Positions 53,001-64,000 of a DNA stretch of 64,000 bases are shown piece by piece (positions within the stretch are counted from its first letter, which is position 1; each line of letters begins with the position of its first letter). A program made the translations under genes and the position numbers. The DNA comes from Octopus sinensis. Taxonomy: Eukaryota. Under the pieces are notes generated by a model. That model saw nothing but the letters and a program-made list of their open reading frames with translations. It was not told the origin of the DNA and searched no databases. Location: the NCBI RefSeq assembly GCF_006345805.1, contig NW_021833037.1, positions 1 to 64,000 of the forward strand. The letters are read 5' to 3'.

Positions 53001-53942
53001 TTTGCAGTGCCTGGGTGACCTCTTCAGTTGTTATGGGGGTCCAAAGTTGTTCAGATGCCGAGTTTGTTATTTTGATACTCCTTTTTTTTGGTTGTTCGTT
53101 CGCCGACCATATTTCTCTCCAGAATTCTTCCAATTCTTCTGCCGTTGGTGCTGCAGTTATTTCTATTTTATTTTTGCCAAGTTCTTGGTAGAACTTTTTG
53201 GGGTTGGAGTTGAACTTTTTGTTTTGTTCAAAGAAGCACTGGCGTTTCTCGTACCGGCGGATCCTTTGTGCTTTGGCAAGGATATCTTGCTTCAGCTTTT
53301 CTTTTATCTCAGGTAAATCTTTCTCTGTGATGTTATATTTGCGGAGTATTTTTGTTTTCTTTTTGTTGCTCAGTAGCGTTGATTGTTTGCTGATTTCATT
53401 AATAATCGACAGATCTTTTCTCATTTTTTGTATTTTGTTTTGGATGTTATTTATCCACAGGGTTTGTTTGGGTGGTGGTACTCCTGTTTGGATGGGTTTG
53501 AGTGAGTATCCAGCTTCTTTTGTGGCTGCAGTGGCTGCTGCGTATACTAAGTCATTTAGCTCAGTGATATCGCTTTTTGTTTCAGTGGCTATTAGTTCCG
53601 TGACGGTTAGGTTTATGCTGTTTATAATTGGTGTTGTTGTTTCGTCTATTTTGATTCTTGGGAGGTATGGTCGGTGGTCCATTTTGAGCTCTGTGGTTTT
53701 CAGTTCTTTGATTATTTTACTTTTTATATTATCATAATCATTAGGCTCCCCTTCGTTGTTTACATCGTGTTTGTTGGGAATGTTACGTTTGTTTTCGTGT
53801 TTTAATGTTTCAGTGTTTATATTACTGGGCATTGTTGTGTGGCTTCTATCTACATTTTCCTGGTATATTTTTTCTTTTAGATGTTCTATTTCTATTTCTG
53901 ATATTTTTTTTGTGTTGAGAATGTATCTTCGTACGTTAGCTA
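50035..53942 (-). mobile_element. R4/Dong-like RLE non-LTR retrotransposon, nearly intact, 5' truncated
   Basis: 892 aa ORF 51154-53832 with RT (GIFQGDTLSPLLF, YMDD) and CRICG...HIISSC knuckle. Frameshifted RLE KANRPDIVV...LIDVSIP...EKLSKY at 50726-51079. TAA-type repeats on both sides. Confidence 0.92.
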
Positions 53943-53979
53943 AATTATTATTATTATTATTATTATTATATTATTATTA

Positions 53980-54016
<37 letters not shown>

Positions 54017-54764
54017 ATCACTGGTTGGAATCAAACTCGGCATCTTGGGTTTAGTAGCCCGCGCTCTTAACCACTACGCCATTGTCTCCTCTCCCATCCC
54101 CCCACACACACACTCTTGTCTGCAAAACCTTCTCTATTTCTATCTGCCTCTCTCTCTTTCTCTCACTCTCTCTGCCCATCCGACGCCTTTCTCCTTTTAC
54201 TATCTCCCTTCCTTCCTATGTCCATCTCTATCAACTACCCATTGTCTATACTTATTCCCATTTTTCTTCCCCCTGCACTCCCTCTTTCTTCCTACCTGTT
54301 CTTCCCCAACCTTCTCTGCTCCTCTCTGTTGGTCTTTCTTCCTTCACTTTTTCGTGCCACGTCCAGTGTTTTTATCACCCGTTGGTTTACTACTCAACCA
54401 GAGCCCAGGTAGGACGTTACTATGGAGCCAGGTACCTTTATGTCTGTGGCTTTTCATTAGCTAACATTGCCGAAAATTTGCAAACTTAAAAGCTATAAAC
54501 TGTTTATTTTCTCAATTTATAAAGAAAATTAATTTCATATCAATATCTAGCGTACAAAATTACATCAATACACCAAATTTGAACTCAATTAGAACAAAAT
54601 TGAGGGAGTTGAAAAGCTGAAGACAAATATAAAAGATCCTTGTTCTCTTTTAGCGTTACTTCTACGCATATCTTAAAGCTGTTTTATGGCCGAAAGCCTT
54701 CCATGTGTATGTTTATAACAAATAAATGTCGACTTTCATTTTTTATGTCTTGTGCGTGACTGAT

Positions 54765-55074
54765 TATGAACTGGTTGATCACCCTCCCAATTTTAGTGAT
54801 TTGGCCCCATCTGATTATCATGTGTTTCCCAACAGGAAGAACAGGAAGAACACATAGCCAGGAAGCAATATAACAGTGATGAAGACGTCTTATCTGTTGC
54901 TGATGACTTTTTAGATCAACAGGATGGCTTCTTCACCAGTGCGATCCAAACAGTGCAACACTAATGAAAGAAATGTGTGGACCGTAAAGGGGATGTTTTT
55001 TTTAAAGGAACTTCATTTCGTCACACTCCATAAAAGTATCTTAATCACTTTATGAACTTTTCAGCCGACCCTTA
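54765..55074 (+). mobile_element. Mariner 3' remnant
   Basis: ELVDHPP..SDLAPSDYHVFP motif and terminal CTTTTCAGCCGACCCTTA. Confidence 0.7.
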
Positions 55075-56139
55075 TAATAATAATTTTTTTTTATATATCT
55101 GTGTTTGTTTTGATATTAACATTGAAAAAAATCTGCTCGGTTCGTAAAAAAAAATTGGCCCTGGGTTTGCACTGGATCACTGACCCACTGGGCAACGACA
55201 GAAATACCTGAAAGACCAACTCCCCAAAGCATTAGAATTTTTGATCTTGAATTTTGATTAAACAGATGTGGAAATTGAAAGTCTTGGCATTGACAAATAT
55301 TTGGTGTTGTCATTTGACGTAATGCACAGAGAAATAAGGCCGGCATTCAACAGCTTTGAACAATCTAGACCAAGTTCTTAGCTTCTTATTAGAAGTAGAA
55401 TAATGATCCGAAACAAAAGATTAATAGATTGCTCTTCAACATTCATTACATACAACATAAAATATCCGATATCCAACGACCATATATTCAAAAATGAGAG
55501 TTTAGTTTAGGAATTTTGATTGTTTAGGCATTATGTATAAAGGCAGTTGTCAATGTTCCTCCTCAGAAGAGAGCATGCTACATGCCCTTGTGGACTATGA
55601 TCCTACAAAACGGCAGTAGATCTATTATCACGCCAGAGATAAAATAGAAAATAAGATTAGATTAAGAACTATTAAAATCTAAACCTATGACAACAGCAAA
55701 ACGCAAAGACGACGATTATAGTGAACAAGGCACAGATACGCCTTTCTCTCTTTCTTTCTCTCCCCATCTCTCTCTCTCTCTCTCTCCCTCTCTCACTGTC
55801 CCTCACTCTTTCTCTCTTTATTGAAAGTTTTATTGAAAGCCTTGTAACCAGCAACACTTTTGTTCATAAAATCGCTATAAAATGAATAATAAATAGCCTT
55901 CCAATTGATTAATGTTGTCAATTAATCAATGATTATTTGTTAATCGCAATTAAATGGAAAAAACAAAACAGAGTCAATCCTTGGTTTATATCATACCATT
56001 GTAAATGAATATATTGAACAAAGGACGTTTAACATTATCAATATCACCTAAGTGCATCTCGGAGTTGTAAACAAGGTAACACCAGAACAGGATACTGTAA
56101 AACAGGTCAACACTCTTTAATATACTGTAGTAAAAAGTT

Positions 56140-56360
56140 GACGAGCTGGCAGAGTCGTTGGTGTGATGGACAAATATACTTAGCGGCATTTCGTTCGTCT
56201 CTACGTTCTGAGTTCAAATTCCGCCATGGTCGACTTCACCATTTATCGTTTGTGGGGATGATAGAAATAAGTCCCAGTTGAACACGGGGGTTCATGTAAT
56301 CGATTTCCATTCTCCTCCTCCGAAATTGCTGGGCTTGTGCCACAATTTGAAACCAATATA
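56140..56360 (+). mobile_element. Degenerate tRNA-derived SINE
   Basis: GACGAGCTGGCAGAGTCGTT...GTTCTGAGTTCAAATTCCGCC. Confidence 0.75.
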
Positions 56361-56532
56361 CCTTAGTGACAATGGCAGCGAATTGATAGAAACGATGAGT
56401 TAATGCCCGTTATCACATTCCTCTACGTCTGCTTTTCAAATTTGGTTGAACTCGATTTTATCATTTATCCCAGCAGAGTCGATAATATAAGAATCAGTCA
56501 TACAATTCAAACGATTGTTGCCAGTTCACCCA

Positions 56533-56820
56533 TGCTTGCATGCATGCATGTATGTATGTATGTATGTATGTATGTATGTAGTATGTATGTATGTATGCAT
56601 ACATGTATGTATGTATGTATGTATGTATGTTGCATGTATGCATGCATGTATGTATGTATGTATGTATGTATGTATGTATGTATGTATGTATGTATGCATG
56701 TATGCATGCATGCATGTATGTATGTATGTATGTATGTATGTATGTATGCATGTATACATGCATTATGTATGTATGTATGTATGTATGTATGTATGTATGT
56801 ATGTATGTATGTATGTATGC
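56533..56820. repeat. (TATG)n microsatellite; one of many (TA)n/(CA)n/(TATG)n/(GATA)n tracts (e.g. 5475-5640, 34140-34660, 43650-43940)
   Basis: Direct reading. Confidence 0.95.
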
Positions 56821-57049
56821 CTCTTCTGTATTTAATCATTTAAATTCATCCTCTGAAGAAGGAGCTTGTTTCTCAACAAATATACAAAGCTCCATGGTGG
56901 ATAACGAAAACAATGCCACATTTTAAACCTGAGAAAAATCTTGCATAGTTTGCTGTTCCGTTTATAGATTATATTTGTACTGTTGATTTCTTTTTCTGAA
57001 AATCTAAGCTTATCCAAACTGACAGATAAGTATTTATTTTCGAAAATCA

Positions 57050-58130
57050 AGTGCTCCAGTTATTGGGATAAATGTAAATTTGTAATCCGGATATACAAGC
57101 TGGAGGTTTCGGAGCAGTTGTCCATAGTTATCTTCTTTTTCTTTAATTTTCAAAGAGATATTCACATCAGCAGGACAGCTGCCCTCTACCTAACGGAGAC
57201 CACCTCTACCTACAATGAAAACAAGGTGGCAGAGACTTAACATCGATCCAGACTGCCTTTGAATGTCGTATTAAAATCCTTTCAGCAACATCTTTTAACC
57301 ACCATGTGTTGAAGTGCATCACTTGACCAAATTTGCATACACGAGACAGATAACACTCTTTGTCTGATAACCTAGAATACATGTCCAAAGATGTCGCACG
57401 ACTCTACCGCAACATATCATCAAATGAAAGGATGCGCGTATATCAGCAGAAGATCATGCATGGATATGTTAGCAGAAAACTTCGGGATGATAGTAACATT
57501 GATCATAAAAGCAATCTACCATGGACCAACGACCGGACTGCAAACTCTCACACTGACCGCTATGCTTTTGCAATTCAAGAATAGGAAGTATCAGTCAAAT
57601 GCTTGATGCACAAAAGGTTCAAAGACGCTGGTAAAATACCAAATATGATAAACGATGCAGACTTTCTGGAGTTAACACCATGCTGTCACCCACATCATAA
57701 GCAGTTGTTCGAAAACGTCATCGCAGTATTATCAACCGATGTGATATGATGTGACTAAGACACTGTATAACAAAATCCGTCGGAAAGATAACTCTGAGCC
57801 CAAAGAAATAAGAATCCACAGTTTGGTAGAGGTGATAGCCACTCATAATAAGAAGGAGTATTGATGGAATGTCCCAGTGAAAAGCCTCAATAAAATTTAA
57901 GCATAATAGGACTGACATAGTGATTTGGGATGGAAAAGAGAAACTGTGTACAGTTGTGGAAATTAGCTGTTCAGCGGATGTTAACATAAAGATCAGCGAA
58001 AAAGAGAATACCTACGCTGAATTATTGAAAAATTTACTGTTATTCTACCCCGATTAAGTTCAGGTTTATATCTCTAATTATTGCGGTACAGGAATATATA
58101 ACACATTGCCTAAGTACCGAGAAAGTTGAA
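57050..58130 (+). mobile_element. Old R4-like RLE LINE remnant
   Basis: MHGYVSRKL...YAFAIQE*EV, HIISSC and KHNRTDIVIWDGKEKLCTVVEISC motifs. Confidence 0.7.
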
Positions 58131-58734
58131 ACAGAAAGATGTGGCTTGTGATATGGCTGTTTTGCTACTGACTAGTGTTTGAAGCTTGCCCTATTTTTAT
58201 AGACGAGTTCATGGCTCAAAATAGTATACGTTTTGAATCGGATTTGGTTGATAGAGGATAGTCACATGACTGGTCTTAGAAACGGATATATATATATATA
58301 TATATATCTTAGAAAAATTTTAGGTACCCTGCTACGTGTGTGTGTGTTGGGATCAAGTGACAATGTTTGGCGCCGTAAGTTACGGCTGACACGGGTTGAT
58401 TGAACATGTCTAAACGATCAATGCTTCGAATGTTTTCTGTCAAGTGTTTGAAGAGAATGAACACGTGATTAAGTTTAGAATATTTTCTACATTCCCTGCT
58501 ACGTCCGTGCGTTAGTGTCACGCGACATTATATTTTGTACAAAAGGTTTCTCTATATTATGACATCAGTAATCTAAGAATTACTAGATTAAGACTTGACT
58601 AATTCGTAAAATTTACATTCATTTTGCATGAAATAATAGTCATTTCGAAAATTAAACTGCTCTAAGGCGTTCTACATCGAGTATTTGAATATTATCTGTG
58701 AAGACTTCTTTGGATATTGAGTAACTTCTGAATT

Positions 58735-59941
58735 GAATGACCGGTCCAGACGCGTTTTCCACTATTCGAAGCAGTCCTGCAATTCGTGATGTCTTTTATC
58801 GCCTCCATCGTTTTTTGCTTTTTTTTCTTCAAATCATTCACATTTGCAAAGTGTTTTTCTTTGAGGACTTTTTTCTTTCGGGGTAACAAAAAAATATTAC
58901 AGGGAGCAAGACCGGGGCAACAAGGAGGGTGGGTAATCAGAGTCATGCCATTTTTGGTCAAAAACTGACTCACACTGAAGGCGGTGTCCGAAATTTCTTT
59001 GTCGTGATGAGACCACACCTCTCCACTTCTGCCACGGGTCGGAACGATTTCGTCTCGTCGTGCCTCGCAAACGCTTCAGAACTACCAAGCAAAATGTCTG
59101 GTTAACAGTTTGACTAGGAGGAACAAATACTGTGCGGACAATTCATTTCGCATAAATGAAACAATCAGCATCGTCTTGAAGTTGGCCTTCACTTGACGCA
59201 CTTTTGTAGGGCGTGGTGATATTAATGCTTCCATTGACTTGAGTACCCTATCGCTTCCGGGTTGTAGCTATAGCACCAGCTTTCGTCACTAGTGATGGCC
59301 TTCTTTAAAAAAGTTTCGGATCAACTTCCAACTGTTCTTTCACTTTGCGACACGCATTTAGTCGCGACTGATTTTGATCTTCCGTGAGCAAGTGAGGCAC
59401 ATATTTTGCTGCAACTCTTTCATTCACAATTCCTCGCTCAAAGCTCATTGGCAGGAGCTCCAAGACACACCAGTTATATCAACACGTTCATCAATTGTTC
59501 GGCAACGGTCCTCTAAGACCAGTTCATGAATTTTCGTGATGTTTTCATTCGTTCAAGAGGTCGACGGTCGCCACGAACGAGGTTGGTCTTCAAGCGACAA
59601 ATGACCGTTCCTAAAGCGTGAAAACCTACTCGCAAAATTGTGTTTTGCTCATCGCAGCGTCCTTGAAAGATGCTTGAAGCATGACAACTGTTTCGGCCGC
59701 CGTTTTCCCCAGCAAAAACCAAAATTTCTCGGAAGCACGATGTCCCTTCGTTTCATCCATCGCAGTCATCGACGAACAGGGAGAAGTACTGCAAATAAAG
59801 ACGCACCACGTGACAGAACGACTTTTGACAACGACGCGAGTCGGCAGGCGGGCCTGAGGGACGCATCAAGTGGCTTCTAGAGGTAGAAGCTTAAACTATA
59901 GCGGGTGTGTCCCACAGACAACGTTTCCGTTTACCCCTTCG
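58735..59941 (-). mobile_element. Mariner, same insertion site as 9367-10480
   Basis: Same junction (AACA(C/T)CAA-TA-CGAA). HPPCCPGLAPCNIF motif. Confidence 0.85.
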
Positions 59942-61434
59942 TATTGATGTTCACAAATAGTTATGATGGTGCCACTGTCATGAGCGGAGGAATCGCTGGT
60001 ATTCAAGCGAAATTGCGTAGCTAAGCCCCATTTGCAACTTGTGACAGCTTCCACCAACAGAACCTAGATGTAGATAACTTCATAACAAAATGTAAAGGCT
60101 ATCGGGGATTTTTCGTCATACAGCAGCAACTTTACCTGTTTATGGATCGATTCAGAGTGCATCAGTAAAAACAAGTACTTACAGGAAGAAAAACGAGGAT
60201 AACCAGCAGAGAAGAAAATCTTCTCCTATATACGATGGGCCAGTCAGCGGGTACTGTGCTATGCTGTTCATTATGAGCTTTCATTTATTGACATTCTCCC
60301 TCATTTCAGTGAGGTTATCAAGTCATGGGAGAGGCAAATTAAAGAGGAATGTTTCTGTAACGTTTGTCTATGAAAGTTTGCGCTCTCGTCTTCGCTAAAC
60401 AGGTTTTAATTCAAATCAAGTCTTTAGCAAAAATATTACAAATCTTCACTGCTGTGACTACAGCAACAGAAATGGTATCCAGTTAAACATCTTCATGTCA
60501 AACGAAACGAAAGTTCTGCAGCCTCCGATAAGTAATACATCAGTGAAGTTATTAATGTCACCCCCGCTGACTCGGTAAACCTAATCTGCGAGGCAAATCA
60601 CCACAGCAGGAGGGTCTCATCGGTCAGTGAGAGTGTTGAAAGTCGGCTGAAAATTAATAAAGGAATGCCATCAATTTTCACAAATGAGACCGTCATTCTT
60701 ATATTGAACCACAATTGCTTAGAGTTCCGACACCAATTTTCGGCATAAAATGGTGATATCATGATAACCTCTCTTACCTTATTTCTTTATTGCCCACAAA
60801 GGGTCATGATAAACCTCTCTTATCTTACTCGCTAAATTCCCCAGTTCTGAATATGGTTTGTCTCAAATTCATAGCAAATACATTTCAACTGAACTTGGAT
60901 ACCCCTGATATCAGAATGCCACTATGCAAAGCGACTCATCGGTGGAAGTGACACATTTTGATCTCATTAACCGATTTACTTGAGATTTTGAATCTCTCTA
61001 TGGATTCCTCGTTTGAACTGATCGAACTGCTGCAAGAAGATGTAACTGCCTGTAAGCACACGGCAGGCTATGAATGAATACTTTCTCAAGCTGTGGATGA
61101 TCAAGTCTTATCTGAAAATTTCCGTGGTAGACAATAAACCGGACAATTCATGCCCAAATATAATGAATAAATGGTGTGATGAAAACCTGAATCTTGAAGA
61201 CATCCTCCTTCGTTTTGCGACACAACAACGAAAAGAGAATCACTTTCGAGGAGTTCGTATTTTCATAATTTATAATAGATGAGGCTAACTTTTTATCTGT
61301 GACATTTCAATCTCATTCAGAAGTTGACTGTAAATAAATTTGATTTATTCAATTAAAATTTTAATTATTATTTATATAAAATCTTTGCCCGTAATTTTTT
61401 AACTAATACTGACTGTGCGATTGGGTCTCCACTG
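59942..61434 (+). mobile_element. hAT 3' half (copy C)
   Basis: YDGATVMSGGIAGIQAKL (GQGYDGAxxMSG-like) and hATC region. Ends in CCACTG at 61434. Confidence 0.8.
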
Positions 61435-62309
61435 CCCCAGAACATTAATCCTCTGAAATTCAATCCCTGATACCATTTTCCCTACAGATATTAACACACA
61501 AATCTTCAAACTAAGCATTAACCGTATCGATCTCGCCAATCCATAAAGTCTTGCAAACGCCATGTCTAACGCCATCTCCCCTCTTCACCAAACTATAAAC
61601 AAAGAATCCAATATTAATCTAAAACTTAACAAATGAAAACAAAAGGAACATTTTTACGACATTTATGGTCAATATTTCAATTTATGTTTTTCACTGCGAA
61701 AACTGTTTTAACCTTTCGATAACCTGAAAGAAATCGTGGGTCTACTGAGTTTACGATCAAATTTCTATTAGATTTCGTTTTCCGTATAATTGATTTCATA
61801 TTTTGGTTTAACCTATACTTCGTTTAATTTGTACTTCATAAAAGTTTTCGAAGTTACTTTCCTCAATTTGTATTTTTCTTTTTTTAGTTTGAATAACAAA
61901 TCCTTTCACTTTTGAAGGGAAATCAATTAAATGCAATTATCTTATCTCATATATTATTTAGATGATGAGTAAGAAGTGTTACGTTTTGAAATCAAATGTT
62001 GTCCCGGTTAACTTAGTGTTTCATTCTTTGAAGGTCGATAAAATAACACCCAATTGCTTCATTGGTACTCAGGTAAATCTTATAAATCGTCCAATGTGTG
62101 AAAGGTTTTCTAAGAGAAGACTAATTTAGAACGAAAAACGTTAGCAATAAAAATAAATTAACAAAAGAATTATCTGAATTAAATTGACTTTATTCGCGAA
62201 GAAATACACATTTTATCAGATAGAATTATTATTAGCAAACGTGATCCGTTGAAGTCTTGCTCACATTTCATGGAGAAGTAAATAATTTTGGGGTGAATTC
62301 CATTAAAGT

Positions 62310-62500
62310 TCAGATCAGTTTCTTTAGTAGACACTTAGTGTTAGTATATGAAAAGGCGGTACATGTAGAAGATACCATACATAAACGTGAACAATCCAAG
62401 ACCGAGCGGGCATACATTTGAGCCTCGATTACAAGGTTGTGATATGGATTTGGTTTGAAGGAAAAAGTTGAATAAGCTGTCTGGCCATTAATTTCTTTTT
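62310..62500 (-). CDS. Terminal coding exon of PAN/apple gene copy C (upstream exons lie beyond the window end)
   Basis: CAG acceptor at 62503-62501. 191 bp with intact frame, encoding ...SVLDCSRLCMVSSTCTAFSYTNTKCLLKKLI*. Confidence 0.78.
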
Positions 62501-62980
62501 CTGCAATAGAAAAAATGGAAAGAGGAAACACAAGAAATATAAGAGCATAAATGAAATTATTTCTCTTCATTGACAAGGTACAAGGGAAACGAATAGATAG
62601 GGTCTATTAATTCGATAGATCGATGTTATTAATGTTCCGTTTGGACATCTTTAAGTTAGTGTGAACAGGGAGTGAGTTCCTGAGTGTTGCATAATCTAGA
62701 AAGGAAGGATTGGGGATAATAATTGATGGGGGATCTGGCTGGTGAAATAGCATGTATGACAGAAGGAGAAGGGGTATATTGCTGGTTATCTCAGAGGTAG
62801 AGTCGTTCTCGTATTACCAGCGAGATGCATTAAGGTATTTCTGAGCAAGTTAGTAATGAAGCGTGTTGAGATGTTTAATGACAGAGATGTTTAATGACAG
62901 GATTAATATTAACCCATCTGCCAGATTTTAAATGTACTTGTGTGTTAGTTTTACTACATCTTTTTGCAAGACTATTATTA

Positions 62981-63227
62981 CGGTGATGAACTTGCATACC
63001 AAGTGACCTGATCTGAGATCGTGTGCTAGAACGAAAACAATTGCAGTGTGGAAGGTGTTTATAAGCCATTTAAGAAACACACAAAATCCGTTAGATTCAC
63101 TTCAACATTTAAATTTAATTAGTCAAAATATTTTCGTCGCTTTCCGACCGTGACCTCTTCACTGACAAAATCCCGTGCTGCAGTGTGTTTCTTAAATGGC
63201 TTATAAACACATTCCACGCTGCAATTG
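62981..63227. mobile_element. Copy C-specific insertion with internal inverted repeat
   Basis: Absent at the equivalent site of copy B (about 17080). CAATTGCAG(T/C)GTGGAA(G/T)GTGTTTATAAGCCATTTAAGAAACACAC occurs inverted at about 63037-63082 and 63183-63227. Confidence 0.7.
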
Positions 63228-63742
63228 TATTAATTATTTATTTATTTATTATCTATTTAACTAAAAATTAAGACGCTAAGTAGAAATAATCATGAAATGA
63301 AGAAGAAGAAAGCGATATTTATAAATTTCTTTATTTTTTGCGTTGCGGAAGAAAGAGATATTTAAAATTTTCAGTTTTGTTCGGCGTGCACTGGAGACAG
63401 AAGATCGATGAATTAAAGATCAGGAACAAGACACAGAATCAAAGAACACTAAAAATAAACAACTAAATAAAAATGGTCTTACTATTAACGAAATAATAGG
63501 AGCCGAAAGCACATCCTACGGAGCTGATGTCCTTCAATGTATATGACTGACTGAAATTATTCCAAAGTTCTGAAATGGAAAAAGATGATGTAAGAACGCA
63601 GAAACTATGATCCACGGATTGTACCGTAATCTTTTCCGGAATACGGACTGTGATCGTAAGAAATACGTGATTTGTGAAAACTCGCGTAGCGCTGCATTAA
63701 AATATTTATAAAGTCCGTCTATGAAATATAATTAGTAATACG

Positions 63743-63827
<85 letters not shown>

Positions 63828-64000
63828 GTGTGTGTGTGTGTGTGTGTACAACATTTGCCGGCGTTATGGACACACCCTCACATAAGACGCAGCCCTATTT
63901 TACAAGGATATTTTACGGAAACAGCAAATGCTATACAGGATGTGAAACTCGTATTTCTGGATGTGATGCTTTGTGTTACCGCGACAGACCACAAATTGGA

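Larger units (their letters stand above)
58530..64000 (-). repeat. Segmental duplication unit, copy C
   Basis: Same order as A and B: mariner, hAT, 3' flank, terminal exon, intron, pogo end. Confidence 0.85.

Noticed and set aside
56848-56885. CTGAAGA followed by a short hairpin
   Set aside because: No GAAA or stem III/cleavage triplet, so not called a hammerhead.

Overview
AT-rich, microsatellite- and transposon-dense animal genomic DNA. The SINE families and repeat landscape resemble a coleoid cephalopod such as Octopus; this is an inference with no database check. The only host genes I can support are three paralogues of a spliced gene built from phase-1 exons, each encoding one PAN/apple-like Cys module. 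Copy A is on + (exons 544-774, 6534-6724), copy B on - (32441-32698, 25436-25663, 16446-16636) and copy C on - (terminal exon 62310-62500). A and B are convergent inverted duplicates. C is a third, mosaic copy. The middle PAN exon is more divergent than its flanking intron. The rest is nested mobile DNA: hAT, pogo, Tc1/mariner, MITEs, Helitrons, Penelope-like elements, R4/Dong-like RLE LINEs in (TAA)n, CR1/L2-like LINEs in (TA)n, an L1/Tx1 remnant and tRNA-derived SINEs. Several type I hammerhead ribozyme motifs are visible, two with a complete core (1576-1628 and 24826-24907). The second follows an RT-less gag-like CCHC ORF enclosed by Helitron-like ends. All alignments and folds were done by eye, and TE boundaries are approximate.
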